Source: Gammaproteobacteria bacterium
Lineage (GTDB): Bacteria > Pseudomonadota > Gammaproteobacteria > Burkholderiales > SHXO01
NCBI GenBank assembly: GCA_041488255.1
Contig: JBGPOV010000003.1
Span: forward strand, 13,247-77,246
Length of the DNA stretch: 64,000 nucleotides
Reading direction: 5' to 3'
Made by a program: the position numbers and the translations under genes. This document shows, piece after piece, positions 27,426 through 39,410 of this stretch. The notes under the pieces were generated by a model, which had not been told where the DNA came from, ran no database searches, and saw only the letters and a program-made list of their open reading frames with translations. Within the stretch, counting starts at the first letter, position 1, and each line of letters opens with the position of its first letter.

Positions 27426-28897
27426 GCGTGAACGCGGACAGCGATCGCCTCGAGACGGGCTTTGACCGGCCGGCGATCGATGGCCTCGGCGTGCCGGTCA
27501 CACGGCTGGTGATGGACAGCCGTCGGGTGCAGCCGGGCGACGTGTTTGTCGCCATGCCGGGCGGGCGGGTGGACGGACGCACGTTCATACCGCAGGCGGT
27601 TGCTGCCGGCGCGGCCGCCGTGATTTGGGACGCTCAGGGCTTCCGCTGGGATCCGGCCTGGCGCGTGGCCAATCTGGCTGTTCCCGACCTGCGCGAGCGC
27701 CTGGGGTTCATCGCCGCCAACGTGTACGGCGACCCATCGCGCCGCATGTGGGTCGCTGGCGTGACCGGAACCAACGGCAAGACTTCCTGCTGCCACTGGA
27801 TCGCGCAGAGCCTCACTCGCCTAGGCCGCCGCACCGCGGTCCTCGGCACACTGGGTAGCGGCTTTCCAGGACAACTCTCGCCCGCCACCCACACCACGCC
27901 TGATGCCGTATCGCTCCAGGCGCAGATGGCGCAGCTGCTGTCGCGAGGGGCCTCGGGTGTGGTCATGGAAGTATCCTCCCACGGCCTGGAGCAAGGCCGG
28001 GTGAACGGCGTGGCGTTCGCGGCCGCGCTGTTCACCAACCTTTCCCACGATCACCTCGACTACCACGGCAGCATGGAGCAGTACGGTGCCGCCAAAGCAC
28101 GGTTGTTTCATTGGACAGGCCTGCAGCACGCGGTCATCAACCTAGACGACGGATTCGGACTACAGCTCGCGGCCTCACTCGACCGCTCGCGCGTGAACGT
28201 GCTCGGCTATGGATGGGGCAGGGGCGAGATCTCCGGCCATAACCTAGACCTATCCAAACGCGGCCTCACGCTGGAGATTGAGACGCCGTGGGGCGCGGGC
28301 GTGATCCGTAGCCAGCTCCTGGGCGGCTATAACGCCGCCAACCTGCTCGGCGTGCTCGGCATGTTGCTGGCGGCCGGAGTGAGGCTGGAAGATGCCACTG
28401 GGGTGCTGGAGCAGATCGAGCCCGTGCCCGGCCGTCTGCAGATGCTACGCCGTCGCGGCAGGCCGTTGGTGGTGGTCGACTACGCGCACACCCCTGACGC
28501 CCTGCAGCAAGTGCTGGAGACGCTGCGCGGCGTGCTCGGGGGCGAGGGTCGGCTCATCTGCGTGTTCGGCTGCGGCGGCGAGCGCGATACGGGCAAGCGC
28601 CCGCTGATGGGTGAAGCGGCGACGCGGCTTGCAGACCGAGTCTTTGTCACCAGCGACAATCCGCGCGGTGAGGACCCGCGCGCCATCATCGACCAGATCA
28701 TCGCTCGGGCGCACCCCAACTACCGCGTCGAGGTGGATCGCGCCAGCGCCATCTACCTCGCCCTGCGCGAGGCGCGGACGGAGGATGTGGTGCTGATCGC
28801 GGGGAAGGGCCACGAGACTTATCAGGAGATTGCTGGACGACTTGTGCCATTCAGCGACGCCGAGGTGGCGGCCAGCGTCCTGGAGGAGCGGGCCTGA
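27422..28897 (+). CDS. murE: UDP-N-acetylmuramoyl-L-alanyl-D-glutamate--2,6-diaminopimelate ligase
   Basis: GVTGTNGKTS P-loop, DNPR motif, Mur ligase architecture. Confidence 0.9.
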   Translation: MSVNADSDRLETGFDRPAIDGLGVPVTRLVMDSRRVQPGDVFVAMPGGRVDGRTFIPQAVAAGAAAVIWDAQGFRWDPAWRVANLAVPDLRERLGFIAANVYGDPSRRMWVAGVTGTNGKTSCCHWIAQSLTRLGRRTAVLGTLGSGFPGQLSPATHTTPDAVSLQAQMAQLLSRGASGVVMEVSSHGLEQGRVNGVAFAAALFTNLSHDHLDYHGSMEQYGAAKARLFHWTGLQHAVINLDDGFGLQLAASLDRSRVNVLGYGWGRGEISGHNLDLSKRGLTLEIETPWGAGVIRSQLLGGYNAANLLGVLGMLLAAGVRLEDATGVLEQIEPVPGRLQMLRRRGRPLVVVDYAHTPDALQQVLETLRGVLGGEGRLICVFGCGGERDTGKRPLMGEAATRLADRVFVTSDNPRGEDPRAIIDQIIARAHPNYRVEVDRASAIYLALREARTEDVVLIAGKGHETYQEIAGRLVPFSDAEVAASVLEERA

Positions 28898-30276
28898 TGC
28901 TCGATCTCGATACCGCTGCCCAGGTCCTCGGTGGGATCCGCTCGGGGCCGAACGTGACGTTCACCGGGGTGACCACCGACAGCCGCCAGAGTCAGCCTGG
29001 CGAGCTGTTCGTTGCCCTGCACGGCGAGCGCTTCGACGGTCACGCCTTCACCGATGCAGCGCTGTCAGCAGGTACCGCGGCGGCACTGATTGACAAAGCC
29101 AGGCCGCTGGCGCACACCAACGCGCCGCTCATACTGGTCCGGGACACGCGCCAGGCCCTGGGCGCCTTGGCGGTCTTCTGGCGCAGCCGCTTCGTGATCC
29201 CGTTGGTCGCTGTGACCGGGAGCAACGGCAAGACCACTGTCAAGGACATGCTCGCGGCAGCGCTTCGCGCAGCGGCAGGCGAGGACGCGGTGCTCGCCAC
29301 AGCCGGCAATCTCAACAACGACGTCGGCGTGCCGCTCATGTTGCTGCGCCTGCGCGGACAGCATCGTTACGCCGTGATCGAGATGGGGATGAACCATCTG
29401 GGCGAGATCAGCTATCTCACGCGGCTCGCCCAGCCCACCGTCGCGCTGGTGACCAACGCCGGCGTGGCGCACATCGGCGAGGTAGGCTCGCGCGAGGACA
29501 TCGCCCACGCCAAGGGTGAGATCTTCGGCGGCCCGGGCGAGAACGGTGTTGCGGTGATCAACGCGGATGACGGCTACGCGCAATACTGGCGCGACCTGAA
29601 CCGCGGCCGCCGGGTCATCGACTTCGGCATCGACACGCCGGCAGCCGTGCGCGCGCAGTTCGAGTTGGGCCCGGCGGGCAGCATCGTTTCGGTGCGAACG
29701 CCGGACTCGGAGTACGTGGTCCGCCTGCAGGTACCGGGATTGCACAACGTGTGCAACGCACTGGCCGCGGTCGCCTGCGCCCATGTGCTGGGTATCGCGC
29801 CGGCTCACGTATCGGCCGGACTCGCGCGGTACGCCGGCACCAAGGGCAGGCTGCAGCGCATAGCGGCGCGCGGCGGCACCACGCTGATCGACGATACCTA
29901 CAACGCTAACCCCGACTCGGTGAAAGCCGCGATCGCCGTGCTGGCGGCAGCAGCCGGCAAACGCGTGCTGGTGCTGGGCGACATGGGTGAGTTGGGCGCG
30001 GAAGGTCCCGCGCTGCACAGCGAAGCAGGCGAGCAGGCACGGCGCGCCGGCATCGAACATCTGCTCACGCTGGGCGAGTTGTCCGAGGCGGCGGCGCGCG
30101 CGTTCGGCAAGCAGGCCAGACACTTTCGCGAGCTCGATGCTCTGTGTTCGGCACTCGACCGCCTCCTTGGCGCGAGCACCACCGTACTGGTGAAGGGCTC
30201 CCGCTTCATGCGCATGGAGCGGGTGGTGGAACGCTTCGTCAACGGCGAGCCACAGCGGGCCAACGGAGGGCGCTAG
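28897..30276 (+). CDS. murF: UDP-N-acetylmuramoyl-tripeptide--D-alanyl-D-alanine ligase
   Basis: VTGSNGKTT, ..EMGMNH.., DDTYNANP. Confidence 0.9.
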   Translation: MLDLDTAAQVLGGIRSGPNVTFTGVTTDSRQSQPGELFVALHGERFDGHAFTDAALSAGTAAALIDKARPLAHTNAPLILVRDTRQALGALAVFWRSRFVIPLVAVTGSNGKTTVKDMLAAALRAAAGEDAVLATAGNLNNDVGVPLMLLRLRGQHRYAVIEMGMNHLGEISYLTRLAQPTVALVTNAGVAHIGEVGSREDIAHAKGEIFGGPGENGVAVINADDGYAQYWRDLNRGRRVIDFGIDTPAAVRAQFELGPAGSIVSVRTPDSEYVVRLQVPGLHNVCNALAAVACAHVLGIAPAHVSAGLARYAGTKGRLQRIAARGGTTLIDDTYNANPDSVKAAIAVLAAAAGKRVLVLGDMGELGAEGPALHSEAGEQARRAGIEHLLTLGELSEAAARAFGKQARHFRELDALCSALDRLLGASTTVLVKGSRFMRMERVVERFVNGEPQRANGGR

Positions 30277-30277
30277 C

Positions 30278-31360
30278 ATGCTGCTGATGCTGACCCAATG
30301 GCTGGCGCAGGACGTCCGCACCTTCAACGTCTTCACCTATATCACGCTGCGCGCGGTGCTCGCCACCCTCACCGCGCTCGCCATTTCCTTCGTGGTTGGC
30401 CCGGCCACCATCCGCAAGCTCACCGCCTACAAGATTGGGCAGGCGGTACGCGACGACGGACCGCAGAGCCACTTGGCCAAGGCCGGCACGCCCACCATGG
30501 GCGGCGCGCTGATCCTCGTGTCTATTACCTTCACCACCATCCTGTGGAGCGATCTGACCAATCGCTTTGTCTGGGTCGTGATCGCGGTCACGCTCGGCTT
30601 CGGCGTGATCGGATGGGTCGACGACTATCGCAAGGTCGTCCACCACAACCCGAAAGGTCTGTCGGCCCGGGGCAAATTCTTCTGGCAGTCGGTTCTGGGT
30701 CTGGCGGCCGCCGGTTTTTTGGCATACACCGGCACCTCCGCGCAGACCGAGTTCATCGTGCCGTTCTTCAAGCAGGTCGCCTACCCGCTGGGCGTGATCG
30801 GTTTCGTGATCCTGACTTACTTCGTGATCGTTGGGACCAGCAACGCGGTGAACTTGACCGACGGGCTGGACGGTCTGGCGATCCTGCCCACGGTGATGGT
30901 GGGAAGCGCATTGGGCGTGTTCGCCTATGTGGCGGGCAACGCGGTGTTCTCCAAGTACTTGGGGTTCCCGCACATTCCCGGGGCTGGCGAGTTGACGGTG
31001 TACTGTGCTGCGCTCGCTGGCGCCGGGCTGGGATTTCTCTGGTTCAACGCGTATCCGGCCGAGGTGTTCATGGGCGACGTGGGTGCGCTGGGGCTGGGGG
31101 CTGCGCTCGGAACGGTGGCTGTGATCGTTCGGCAGGAGATCGTCCTGTTCATCATGGGCGGTGTGTTTGTGGTGGAAACGCTTTCCGTGGTGCTGCAGGT
31201 GGCTTCCTTCAAGCTCACCGGCAAGCGCATCTTCCGCATGGCGCCACTGCACCATCACTACGAGTTGAAAGGCTGGAAGGAAAACCAAGTCGTGGTGAGG
31301 TTTTGGATCATCACCATGATGCTGGTGCTGTTTGGCTTGTCCACATTGAAGCTCAGGTAA
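30278..31360 (+). CDS. mraY: Phospho-N-acetylmuramoyl-pentapeptide-transferase
   Basis: 10-TM protein with [13 protein letters not shown] and [10 protein letters not shown], ending [11 protein letters not shown]. Confidence 0.95.
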   Translation: MLLMLTQWLAQDVRTFNVFTYITLRAVLATLTALAISFVVGPATIRKLTAYKIGQAVRDDGPQSHLAKAGTPTMGGALILVSITFTTILWSDLTNRFVWVVIAVTLGFGVIGWVDDYRKVVHHNPKGLSARGKFFWQSVLGLAAAGFLAYTGTSAQTEFIVPFFKQVAYPLGVIGFVILTYFVIVGTSNAVNLTDGLDGLAILPTVMVGSALGVFAYVAGNAVFSKYLGFPHIPGAGELTVYCAALAGAGLGFLWFNAYPAEVFMGDVGALGLGAALGTVAVIVRQEIVLFIMGGVFVVETLSVVLQVASFKLTGKRIFRMAPLHHHYELKGWKENQVVVRFWIITMMLVLFGLSTLKLR

Positions 31361-31373
31361 AGAGCCGCGACGC

Positions 31374-32759
31374 ATGGACCTAGCGGGGAGAAACGCACTC
31401 GTGCTCGGGCTAGGGGTCAGCGGCCTGTCGATGGCGCGCTGGCTCAGCTATCGCGGCGCGCATGTGCGCGTGGCCGATACGCGCGAGGCGCCGCCCTGCG
31501 GTGCTCAACTGCAGCGCGAGTTGCCGGACGTCCCAGTTGCAACCGGCACTTTGCGACCCGAAAGCTTCGACAACGTGGATCTGGTCGCCATCAGTCCGGG
31601 GGTGCCGGCGACGGAGCCTCTGGTGGAAATAGCCGCCAGCCGCGGCGTTCCGGTGGTGGGCGACATCGAGCTGTTTGCGCAGGCGTTACCAGCCATCTCC
31701 GCAGCCAAGGTGCTAGCCATCACCGGCTCCAACGGCAAGAGCACGGTGACCGAGATGGCCGGCGCGATGTGTCGACAGGCCGGGTTAAGCACGGTGGTCG
31801 CTGGCAACATCGGGCTGCCGGTCCTCGACGCCCTGTTGGGGATCGCGCGCGCCGCCGACCCGGATGAGCGCGAGCCGGAAGTGTTCGTGCTCGAGCTGTC
31901 CAGCTTCCAGCTCGAAACGACCTACTCGCTCGACGCGCACGTGGCCGCGTGCCTCAACTTGAGCGAGGACCATCTGGACCGATACCGCGGCATGCCGGCT
32001 TATGCCCAAGCCAAGGCGCGCATCTTCCGCGGCAGCGGCATCCAGGTGCTCAACCGCCAGGATGTCTGGTGCTGCAGCATGGCGCTTGCCGGCAGGACCG
32101 TGTTCACCTTCGGGCTGGACGCGCCGTTGGGCGAGCGCGAGTGGGGCCTAGCCGATAGGCGTGGCGAGACCTGGCTCGCTCAGGGAAACCGACAACTCAT
32201 GGCCGTTTCGGAACTGCGCATCTCCGGCCTGCACAACGCGACCAACGCGCTCGCAGCGCTGGCCCTCACGCGCGCCATCGATCTGCCGTATGAGCCCCTG
32301 CTCCACGCGCTGGCTCTGTTCGAGGGCCTACCCCACCGCGTGCAGAAGGTCGGTGAGATCGACGGCGTGGCGTTCTACGACGATTCCAAGGGCACCAACG
32401 TGGGCGCCACGCTGGCCGCGCTCAACGGCATGCGCCAGAAGGTCGTGCTGATCGCCGGCGGCGACGGCAAGGGGCAGGACTTCAGTCCTCTAAAGTCGGC
32501 CGTCGCTGCCCGCGCTCGGGCTGTCGTGTTGATGGGGCGCGACCGGGAAAAGATCGCCCAAAGCATTGAGAGCAGCGGCGTGCCGGTGCAGCGCGCGCGG
32601 GACATGGAGGAGGCTGTGCGCATGAGCCTGGCCGCGGCGCACGAGGGCGATGCGGTGCTGTTGTCACCGGCCTGCGCCAGCTTCGACATGTTCCGCGACT
32701 ACGAGCATCGCGCACAGGTATTCGTGCAGGCGGTGAAGCAGCTGGAGGCAGCGAGATGA
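31374..32759 (+). CDS. murD: UDP-N-acetylmuramoylalanine--D-glutamate ligase
   Basis: LGLGVSG N-terminus, [16 protein letters not shown]. Confidence 0.9.
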   Translation: MDLAGRNALVLGLGVSGLSMARWLSYRGAHVRVADTREAPPCGAQLQRELPDVPVATGTLRPESFDNVDLVAISPGVPATEPLVEIAASRGVPVVGDIELFAQALPAISAAKVLAITGSNGKSTVTEMAGAMCRQAGLSTVVAGNIGLPVLDALLGIARAADPDEREPEVFVLELSSFQLETTYSLDAHVAACLNLSEDHLDRYRGMPAYAQAKARIFRGSGIQVLNRQDVWCCSMALAGRTVFTFGLDAPLGEREWGLADRRGETWLAQGNRQLMAVSELRISGLHNATNALAALALTRAIDLPYEPLLHALALFEGLPHRVQKVGEIDGVAFYDDSKGTNVGATLAALNGMRQKVVLIAGGDGKGQDFSPLKSAVAARARAVVLMGRDREKIAQSIESSGVPVQRARDMEEAVRMSLAAAHEGDAVLLSPACASFDMFRDYEHRAQVFVQAVKQLEAAR

Positions 32760-34048
32760 GCCCAGCGTCGAGCGCTCCCGCTCAGAGCACGCTGCGCGAA
32801 TACGACCATGCGCTGATGTGGACGGCCGTACTGCTGCTCGGCACCGGCTTGGTGATGGTGTACTCCGCCTCCATCGCCATCGCCGAGCAGGCGAAGTTCG
32901 CCTCCAACCAGCCGACCTATTTCCTGGTGCGACAGCTCGTCTTTCTCGGTGCGGCGACCGTCGCTGGCACGGTAGTCTTCCAGGTCCCCATGCGTTTGTG
33001 GCAGCAGGCGGCCCCCTACTTGTTCCTGTTCGGCGCGGCGCTGCTGGTGCTGGTCCTCATCCCCGGCATCGGCCGCGAGGTCAACGGCAGCCGGCGCTGG
33101 CTGCCGCTTCTGGTGGCGAATTTGCAGCCCTCGGAGCTGGTGAAGCTGTTCGTCGTCCTCTACGCCGCCGATTACGCGGTGCGCAAGGCGGCCTGGATGC
33201 ACAGCTTAAGGAAGGGGTTCCTGCCCATGTTCGCCGTGATGCTGTTCGTGGGGGCTCTGCTGCTGCGCGAGCCAGATTTCGGCGCTTTCGCCGTCATCGC
33301 GGCCATCGCCATGGGGATACTGTTCCTGGGCGGGATGAATTGGCGCCTATTCGCGGGGCTGGTCGTGCTGCTGGTGGTGGGCTTCGTGGTGATAATCCTG
33401 ACTTCGCCCTACCGCATGCAGCGCATCCTCGGCTTCATGGACCCGTGGGCGGATCCCTACGGCAAGGGCTACCAGCTGTCGCATGCGCTGATCGCGTTCG
33501 GCCGCGGCGAGGTGCTGGGCGTGGGGCTCGGCGCGAGCGTCGAGAAGCTGTTCTACCTGCCTGAGGCCCACACCGACTTCCTGCTCGCGGTGATCGGCGA
33601 AGAACTGGGCTTCTTCGGGGTAGCGCTTGTGATCGGGCTGTTCAGCTTCCTCATTATGCGCGCCTTCGCCATCGGATCGCAGGCCGCCAAGCTCGAACGC
33701 TACTTCTGCGCGCTGGTGGCGCAGGGTATCGGCATCTGGCTTGGAGTGCAGGCCATCATCAACATGGGCGTGAACCTGGGGCTGCTTCCGACCAAGGGGT
33801 TGACGTTGCCCTTCCTGAGCTTTGGCGGCAGTGGCCTGCTGGCCAACTGTGCCGCCCTTGCCCTGCTGCTGCGGATCGACTGGGAGAGCCGCCAGCTGAT
33901 GCGCGGGAGCACGGGCGCAATGCTGCTGGCCGGAGGCAAGGGCCTGGAGCGCGCCCGGTTCCGGCGTGCTGAGCGAGGGGTGAGGGGCGGGGTATGGTTA
34001 GTCGATGGGCTGCGCGCGAGGGGCCGGCCGCCAAGGGGGGTGAGATGA
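32756..34048 (+). CDS. ftsW: Peptidoglycan glycosyltransferase FtsW (SEDS family)
   Basis: SEDS motifs (..LQPSELVK.., [23 protein letters not shown]). Arg/Gly-rich C-terminal tail. Confidence 0.9.
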   Translation: MSPASSAPAQSTLREYDHALMWTAVLLLGTGLVMVYSASIAIAEQAKFASNQPTYFLVRQLVFLGAATVAGTVVFQVPMRLWQQAAPYLFLFGAALLVLVLIPGIGREVNGSRRWLPLLVANLQPSELVKLFVVLYAADYAVRKAAWMHSLRKGFLPMFAVMLFVGALLLREPDFGAFAVIAAIAMGILFLGGMNWRLFAGLVVLLVVGFVVIILTSPYRMQRILGFMDPWADPYGKGYQLSHALIAFGRGEVLGVGLGASVEKLFYLPEAHTDFLLAVIGEELGFFGVALVIGLFSFLIMRAFAIGSQAAKLERYFCALVAQGIGIWLGVQAIINMGVNLGLLPTKGLTLPFLSFGGSGLLANCAALALLLRIDWESRQLMRGSTGAMLLAGGKGLERARFRRAERGVRGGVWLVDGLRARGRPPRGVR

Positions 34049-35163
34049 CGTACGAGCCTTCTGGGCGCGAACCCGCCCATGCTGTACCGCTCAATGCTCG
34101 CGCCCCGAGGACCATTCTGGTCATGGCGGGAGGCACGGGGGGCCACGTGATGCCCGCGCTGGCAGTCGCCGACTATATGCGGCGCGCGGGCTGGCGGGTG
34201 GTGTGGCTGGGTTCGAAGGACGGCATGGAAGCGACACTGGTCCCGAAGCACGAGTATGAAATGCAGTGGATCCGCTTTTCCGGCCTGCGTGGCAAGGGGC
34301 TTGTGCGCATGGCTCTGCTGCCGCTGAACCTTCTCGTCGCCTTCTGGCAGAGCGCCAGGGTGATCTTTCGCGTGCGCCCAGATGTGGTGTTGGGGATGGG
34401 CGGATACGTTTCCTTCCCCGGCGGGATGATGGCCTCGCTGCTGAACCGACCGCTGGTGGTGCACGAACAGAACTCCATCGCCGGATTGGCGAACCGAGTG
34501 CTGGCCAGCGTGGCCGACCGCGTCCTGTCCGGCTTTCCCGGCGTGCTGAAGAAATCGCAGTGGGTGGGCAACCCGGTGCGCGAATCGATCGCGCAGCTGC
34601 CGCCACCCGCAGTGCGCTTCGTGAGCCACTCTGACTCGCTCCAGGTGTTGGTGCTGGGCGGCAGCCTCGGGGCGCAGGCGCTGAACGAAGTGGTGCCGGA
34701 GGCGCTGCGGCTGGTGCCCGAGGGCCAACGCCCGCGGGTTACCCACCAGTCGGGCGCGAAGCATTTAGACAGCTTGCGGCACAGTTACGAGCGGGCCGGC
34801 GTCCGTGCCCAGGCCATGTCTTTTATCGACGATATCGCGGCGCACTACGCTCAAGCGGACCTCGTGATTTGCCGCGCGGGCGCGCTTACTGTTTCCGAGC
34901 TGGCCGCGGCCGGCGTGGCCAGCATCCTGGTGCCGTTTCCCCACGCGGTGGATGACCATCAGACCCACAACGCACGCTTTCTGGCCGACGCCGGCGCGGC
35001 CGTACTGATGCAGCAGCGGGAACTGTCCCCGCGCCGGCTCGCAGACCTGATACTCGGCTTCACGCGCGAGCGGTTGACGGAGATGGCCAAGCGCGCGCGT
35101 GCGCTGGCCAAGCCCGAAGCCACTGCATCGGTGGCGAGTGTTTGCACGGCGGCTGCCGGATGA
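34045..35163 (+). CDS. murG: UDP-N-acetylglucosamine--N-acetylmuramyl-(pentapeptide) pyrophosphoryl-undecaprenol GlcNAc transferase
   Basis: [16 protein letters not shown] motif. ATGA overlap with the ftsW stop. Confidence 0.9.
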   Translation: MTYEPSGREPAHAVPLNARAPRTILVMAGGTGGHVMPALAVADYMRRAGWRVVWLGSKDGMEATLVPKHEYEMQWIRFSGLRGKGLVRMALLPLNLLVAFWQSARVIFRVRPDVVLGMGGYVSFPGGMMASLLNRPLVVHEQNSIAGLANRVLASVADRVLSGFPGVLKKSQWVGNPVRESIAQLPPPAVRFVSHSDSLQVLVLGGSLGAQALNEVVPEALRLVPEGQRPRVTHQSGAKHLDSLRHSYERAGVRAQAMSFIDDIAAHYAQADLVICRAGALTVSELAAAGVASILVPFPHAVDDHQTHNARFLADAGAAVLMQQRELSPRRLADLILGFTRERLTEMAKRARALAKPEATASVASVCTAAAG

Positions 35164-35183
35164 GAGCCAAAAAGGAAGGAGAC

Positions 35184-35342
35184 ATGAGTCGACCCAAGGC
35201 CAATAAGCAGGCCAAGCGCCGCGCTGGACTGCTTCAGGTCCGGCTGCGCCTGCCCGCACGCCACGAGCGCGCTACGCGCAGCCAGGACCTGGGCGACCTT
35301 CGCCTCCAGTTCCTGCTCGACGCGACTAGCTTGCCCAGGTGA
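35184..35342 (+). CDS. Hypothetical small basic protein (52 aa) in the murG-murC spacer
   Basis: AAGGAAGGAGAC precedes ATG 35184. GC3 is about 81%, similar to the neighbours. [21 protein letters not shown]... No family recognised, so this could be non-coding. Confidence 0.3.
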   Translation: MSRPKANKQAKRRAGLLQVRLRLPARHERATRSQDLGDLRLQFLLDATSLPR

Positions 35343-35352
35343 ATATGGCGCG

Positions 35353-36792
35353 ATGAGGCACAAGGTCAAGCGGATCCACTTCGTCGGCATCGGTGGCTCT
35401 GGCATGAGCGGGATCGCGGAGGTGCTGCTCAACCTGGGCTTCCAGGTGAGCGGCTCAGACCTGTCAGAGAGCGCGGTGACCGAGCGGTTGCGCAGTCTTG
35501 GGGCGCGGGTAAGCCGAGGGCACGACGCTGCCCAGGTGCAAGGCGCGGATGTGGTGGTGGTGTCGACCGCGGTCAAGCCGGATAACCCCGAGGTGGGCGC
35601 GGCCCGCGCGCGGCGGATTCCCGTCGTGCCGCGCGCGCTGATGCTGGCCGAACTCATGCGGCTGCGGCAGGGCATCGCGATCGCGGGCACGCACGGCAAG
35701 ACCACCACCACCAGTTTGGTCGCCAGCGTGCTGGCGGAGGCGGGCATGGATCCCACCTTCGTGATCGGCGGACGTCTGGAGGCGGCGGGTTCGCATGCCA
35801 AGCTGGGCAAGGGCGAGTTCATCGTAGTCGAAGCTGACGAGTCGGATGCGTCGTTTCTGTACCTGCAGCCAGTCCTCGCCGTGGTCACCAACATCGACGC
35901 CGACCATATGGAAACGTACGGCCACGATTTCGGCCGGTTACGCCAGGCTTTCCTAGACTTCATCCAGCGCTTGCCTTTCTACGGCATGGCGGTGCTCTGT
36001 GTGGACGATCCGAATGTGCACGCGATCATGCCGCTCGTCAGCAAACCGATCACCACGTATGGACTGTCCGAGCAAGCGCAGATCCGGGCGGCCAACATCC
36101 GGCACGAGAACGGGCGCATGCGGTTCACCGTCCAGATGAAGACCAACGGTTCACCGGGCAAATCGTTCGAGTTCGTGCTCAACTTGCCCGGCGTGCACAA
36201 CGTGCAGAACGCGCTGGCGGCGGTCGCTGTAGGCCTCGAATTACAGGTGCCAGAGCGAGCCATCGCGCGCGCGCTGGCCGAGTTCAAGGGCGTGGGCCGC
36301 CGTTTCCAGCGCTACGGCGAGATCCCGCTTCCCGGCGGTGGGAGTTTCACGCTAGTCGACGACTACGGTCATCACCCGGCGGAGATGGATGCGACGCTGG
36401 CCGCGGTGCGCGGCGGGTTCCCCGGCCGTCGCGTGGTGCTGGCCTTCCAGCCACACCGCTACACGCGCACGCGCGATGTATTCGAGGACTTCGTGCGCGT
36501 GCTGTCGTCCGTGGACGTTCTTCTTCTCGCCGAGGTGTATCCCGCAGGCGAGACGCCCATCGTGGCGGCGGACGGTCGGGCGCTGGCGCGAGCAGTGCGC
36601 GTGGCGGGCAAGATCGAGCCGATCTTCGTCGAACAGGTCGTCGACCTGCCGCAAGCGATCCTGGACATAGTGCGGGCCGGCGACGTGGTGCTAACCATGG
36701 GTGCAGGCTCCATCGGCACGGTGCCGGGCCTCCTCGCACGCGGGGGGGGCGCCGGCAACCACATGCAGGTGGCGGCACATGGACATGGCTGA
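35353..36792 (+). CDS. murC: UDP-N-acetylmuramate--L-alanine ligase
   Basis: [18 protein letters not shown] and [10 protein letters not shown]. Confidence 0.9.
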   Translation: MRHKVKRIHFVGIGGSGMSGIAEVLLNLGFQVSGSDLSESAVTERLRSLGARVSRGHDAAQVQGADVVVVSTAVKPDNPEVGAARARRIPVVPRALMLAELMRLRQGIAIAGTHGKTTTTSLVASVLAEAGMDPTFVIGGRLEAAGSHAKLGKGEFIVVEADESDASFLYLQPVLAVVTNIDADHMETYGHDFGRLRQAFLDFIQRLPFYGMAVLCVDDPNVHAIMPLVSKPITTYGLSEQAQIRAANIRHENGRMRFTVQMKTNGSPGKSFEFVLNLPGVHNVQNALAAVAVGLELQVPERAIARALAEFKGVGRRFQRYGEIPLPGGGSFTLVDDYGHHPAEMDATLAAVRGGFPGRRVVLAFQPHRYTRTRDVFEDFVRVLSSVDVLLLAEVYPAGETPIVAADGRALARAVRVAGKIEPIFVEQVVDLPQAILDIVRAGDVVLTMGAGSIGTVPGLLARGGGAGNHMQVAAHGHG

Positions 36793-37744
36793 ACTCAACC
36801 GCACCGCGCAGCACGGCCTGGGCGGCGAGTTCCGCTTGAACGAACCGATGCGCAAGCACACGACCTGGCGCACCGGCGGCGCGGCGAAGCGCGCCTACTT
36901 CCCGCGCAACCTCGACGACTTCGCCCGGTTCGTGTGCACGATCCCGAAAGACGAGCCGGTGTATGTGGTCGGACTGGGCAGCAACCTCTTGGTCCGCGAC
37001 GGCGGGTTGCACGGCACAGTGGTGTTCACCCACGGCGCGTTGAAGCAGATCCGGATCCAGCATAGCGACACCGGCGCGCGGCTGATTTATGCCGAAGCTG
37101 GGGTCGCCAGCCCAAAGGTGGCGCGCTTCGCCGCCACCCACAGCCTGTGCGGGGCCGAGTTCCTGGCAGGGATACCCGGGACGGTAGGCGGTGCGCTGGC
37201 AATGAACGCGGGCTGCTACGGCTCGGAGACTTGGGACATCGTCGATTCCGTGCTGTGCCTGCGCGACGACGGCGAGCTGCTGCGCCGCACGCACGACGAC
37301 TTCGAGATCGGTTACCGGCACGTCGCGCCGCGCCCACATGCAGCGACGAATCACGAGTCACCGATCGCGAGTTACGTCCAGCAGTGGTTCGCGGCAGTGT
37401 GGCTCAAGCTCCCGTCCGGCGACGGCCAGCAGGCGCGCCTGGTCATCACACATTTGCTCGAACGGCGCATCGCCACTCAGCCTCTGGACCAGCCCAACGC
37501 CGGCTCGGTGTTTCGCAATCCCCCCGGAGACTATGCCGCGCGCCTGGTCGAATCCTGTGGCTTGAAGGGCTTCACCAAGGGCGGCGCGATGGTGTCTCCC
37601 AAACATGCCAACTTCATCGTGAACACCGGCGATGCCACCGCGGCAGACATAGAGGAGTTGATCGAGAAGGTCCAGACCACTGTGTGGCAGCGCTGCGGCG
37701 TCCGGCTCGAGCTTGAGGTGCGCATCATCGGGGAAAGAGCTTGA
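36779..37744 (+). CDS. murB: UDP-N-acetylenolpyruvoylglucosamine reductase
   Basis: ..[24 protein letters not shown].. FAD-binding domain and AGSVFRNP. The start is ATG 36779 or 36785. Confidence 0.85.
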   Translation: MDMAELNRTAQHGLGGEFRLNEPMRKHTTWRTGGAAKRAYFPRNLDDFARFVCTIPKDEPVYVVGLGSNLLVRDGGLHGTVVFTHGALKQIRIQHSDTGARLIYAEAGVASPKVARFAATHSLCGAEFLAGIPGTVGGALAMNAGCYGSETWDIVDSVLCLRDDGELLRRTHDDFEIGYRHVAPRPHAATNHESPIASYVQQWFAAVWLKLPSGDGQQARLVITHLLERRIATQPLDQPNAGSVFRNPPGDYAARLVESCGLKGFTKGGAMVSPKHANFIVNTGDATAADIEELIEKVQTTVWQRCGVRLELEVRIIGERA

Positions 37745-37769
37745 GAGAATGGCCCGGGCGCACAAGAAA

Positions 37770-38687
37770 ATGAGCGGTGGACAGTTCGGAAAAGTCGCCG
37801 TCCTGCTCGGGGGCAGATCCGCCGAGCGCGAAATCTCGCTCATGTCAGGCCAAAACGTGCTCCAGGGTTTACGCAAAGCTGGCGTCGACGCCCACCCCTT
37901 CGACCCGGCCCAGCGCGAACTGGCCGAGCTCAAGCAGGAGGGGTTCGAGCGGGTGTTCATCGCGCTGCACGGGCGCTACGGGGAAGACGGCACGGTGCAA
38001 GGCGCGCTCGAGTTGATGGGCATTCCCTATACCGGCAGCGGGGTTCTGGCCTCGGCGCTGTCCCTGGACAAGCTGCGAACGAAAATGATTTGGCTCGCGA
38101 GCGCTCTGCCGACACCGCGTTACGAAGTCATCGCCGCGGACAGCGACTGGGCTGCGGTCGCGGGCACGCTCGGCCTGCCGCTCATCATCAAGCCGGCCCA
38201 CGAGGGCTCGACGCTGGGCCTGACGAAAGTCATGCGCGTCAGCGAGTTGCCGACGGCTTATCAGCACGCGGCGTCCTATGACCGGCTCGTGCTGGCAGAA
38301 GAGTTTGTGCAGGGCGAGGAGTTGACTGCCGGTTTCGTCGGCGACCAAGCGCTCCCGCTGATCCGCATCGAAGCGCCGCAAGGCAACTACGACTACCAGA
38401 ACAAGTATTTCAGCGATGAGACGAAGTACGTCTGCCCCTGTGGGCTGCCCCAGGCCGAGGAGCGGCGTATCCAGGATCTGGTCATGCGCTCGGCCCGCGT
38501 ACTGGGCTGCAGCAGCTGGGGGCGAGGCGACCTGATCCGCCGCCCCGACGGCTCGGTGTGGCTGCTGGAGATGAACACTTCACCGGGCATGACCGGCCAC
38601 AGCCTGGTTCCCATGGCGGCTAAGGTGGCGGGGATCTCCTTCGAGCAACTGGTAGTGCGGATCCTGGAAACGGCCCATGTGGGATAA
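37770..38687 (+). CDS. ddl: D-alanine--D-alanine ligase
   Basis: FGKVAVLLGGRSAEREISLMSG, HGRYGEDGTVQG, and an ATP-grasp C-terminus ending ..LEMNTSPGMT. Confidence 0.9.
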   Translation: MSGGQFGKVAVLLGGRSAEREISLMSGQNVLQGLRKAGVDAHPFDPAQRELAELKQEGFERVFIALHGRYGEDGTVQGALELMGIPYTGSGVLASALSLDKLRTKMIWLASALPTPRYEVIAADSDWAAVAGTLGLPLIIKPAHEGSTLGLTKVMRVSELPTAYQHAASYDRLVLAEEFVQGEELTAGFVGDQALPLIRIEAPQGNYDYQNKYFSDETKYVCPCGLPQAEERRIQDLVMRSARVLGCSSWGRGDLIRRPDGSVWLLEMNTSPGMTGHSLVPMAAKVAGISFEQLVVRILETAHVG

Positions 38688-39396
38688 CGATCGGTTGCTG
38701 AACCGATTCGCCGATGGCCTCTATGGCTTGACGGCCGTGCTCATCTTCTACTGGGTGCTGACGGCGATCACCCAGCTGCCCATCTTCCCGCTGCGCGAAG
38801 TGGAAGTCACCGGTCGTATCCCCCACACCACCCGCGATCAGGTGCACGCCATCATGGCCGGGCAACTGAAAGGCAACTTCTTCACACTCGATCTGGATAC
38901 AGCGCGCGCCGCCTTCCAGAAGCTGCCCTGGGTGCGACGGGTGAGCGTGCGCCGGAAGTGGCCCGACCGGCTGGACGTGGACATCGAGGAGCACATCGCG
39001 CTCGCGCGCTGGCGCGAAAGCGCACTGGTGAATACTTACGGCGAGCTATTCGAGGCGGCGACTAGCGAAGTCCTTCCGGTGTTCATCGCGCCCGACGGAA
39101 CGGCCGTGGAGGTGGTGCAACGTTACCAGGCGTTCCGCAACTTGCTCGAGCCGCTCGGTAAGCGGCCCGTGCAAGTGCTCTTGTCCGACCGGCGCGCGTG
39201 GCAGCTCAAGCTGGACGACGGTGACGTGCTGGAGCTGGGCCGCAGCCAGATGGACGAAAGGCTGCAGCGTTTGGTGACGGCCTACGACCGCACGCTGGCG
39301 CGGTTGCCGGACCGACGCTACCGCATCGATCTGAGGTACCCCAACGGTTTCGCCGTGCGCACATCGCGCGTCGCGCTGCGCGCTCCCGGTGCGTGA
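38677..39396 (+). CDS. ftsQ: Cell division protein FtsQ
   Basis: TM segment plus POTRA (..PLREVEVTG..FFTLDLDTARAAFQKLPWVRRVSVRRKWPDRL). Confidence 0.85.
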   Translation: MWDNDRLLNRFADGLYGLTAVLIFYWVLTAITQLPIFPLREVEVTGRIPHTTRDQVHAIMAGQLKGNFFTLDLDTARAAFQKLPWVRRVSVRRKWPDRLDVDIEEHIALARWRESALVNTYGELFEAATSEVLPVFIAPDGTAVEVVQRYQAFRNLLEPLGKRPVQVLLSDRRAWQLKLDDGDVLELGRSQMDERLQRLVTAYDRTLARLPDRRYRIDLRYPNGFAVRTSRVALRAPGA

Positions 39397-39410
39397 CCAG
39401 CATAAAGGCC

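Noticed and set aside
29065-31375. 423-aa and 378-aa minus-strand ORFs (29065..30336 and 30239..31375), and the 361-aa + strand ORF 30298..31383
   Set aside because: They are antisense or out-of-frame shadows of murF and mraY. mraY (30278..31360) carries the diagnostic motifs.
33905-34048. Arg/Gly-rich C-terminal tail of about 45 aa on FtsW (and a similar charged tail on FtsL, 25590..25698), considered as possible frameshifts
   Set aside because: No alternative frame gives a more plausible ending. The downstream genes start with ATGA-type overlaps exactly at these stops. They are most likely lineage-specific disordered tails.
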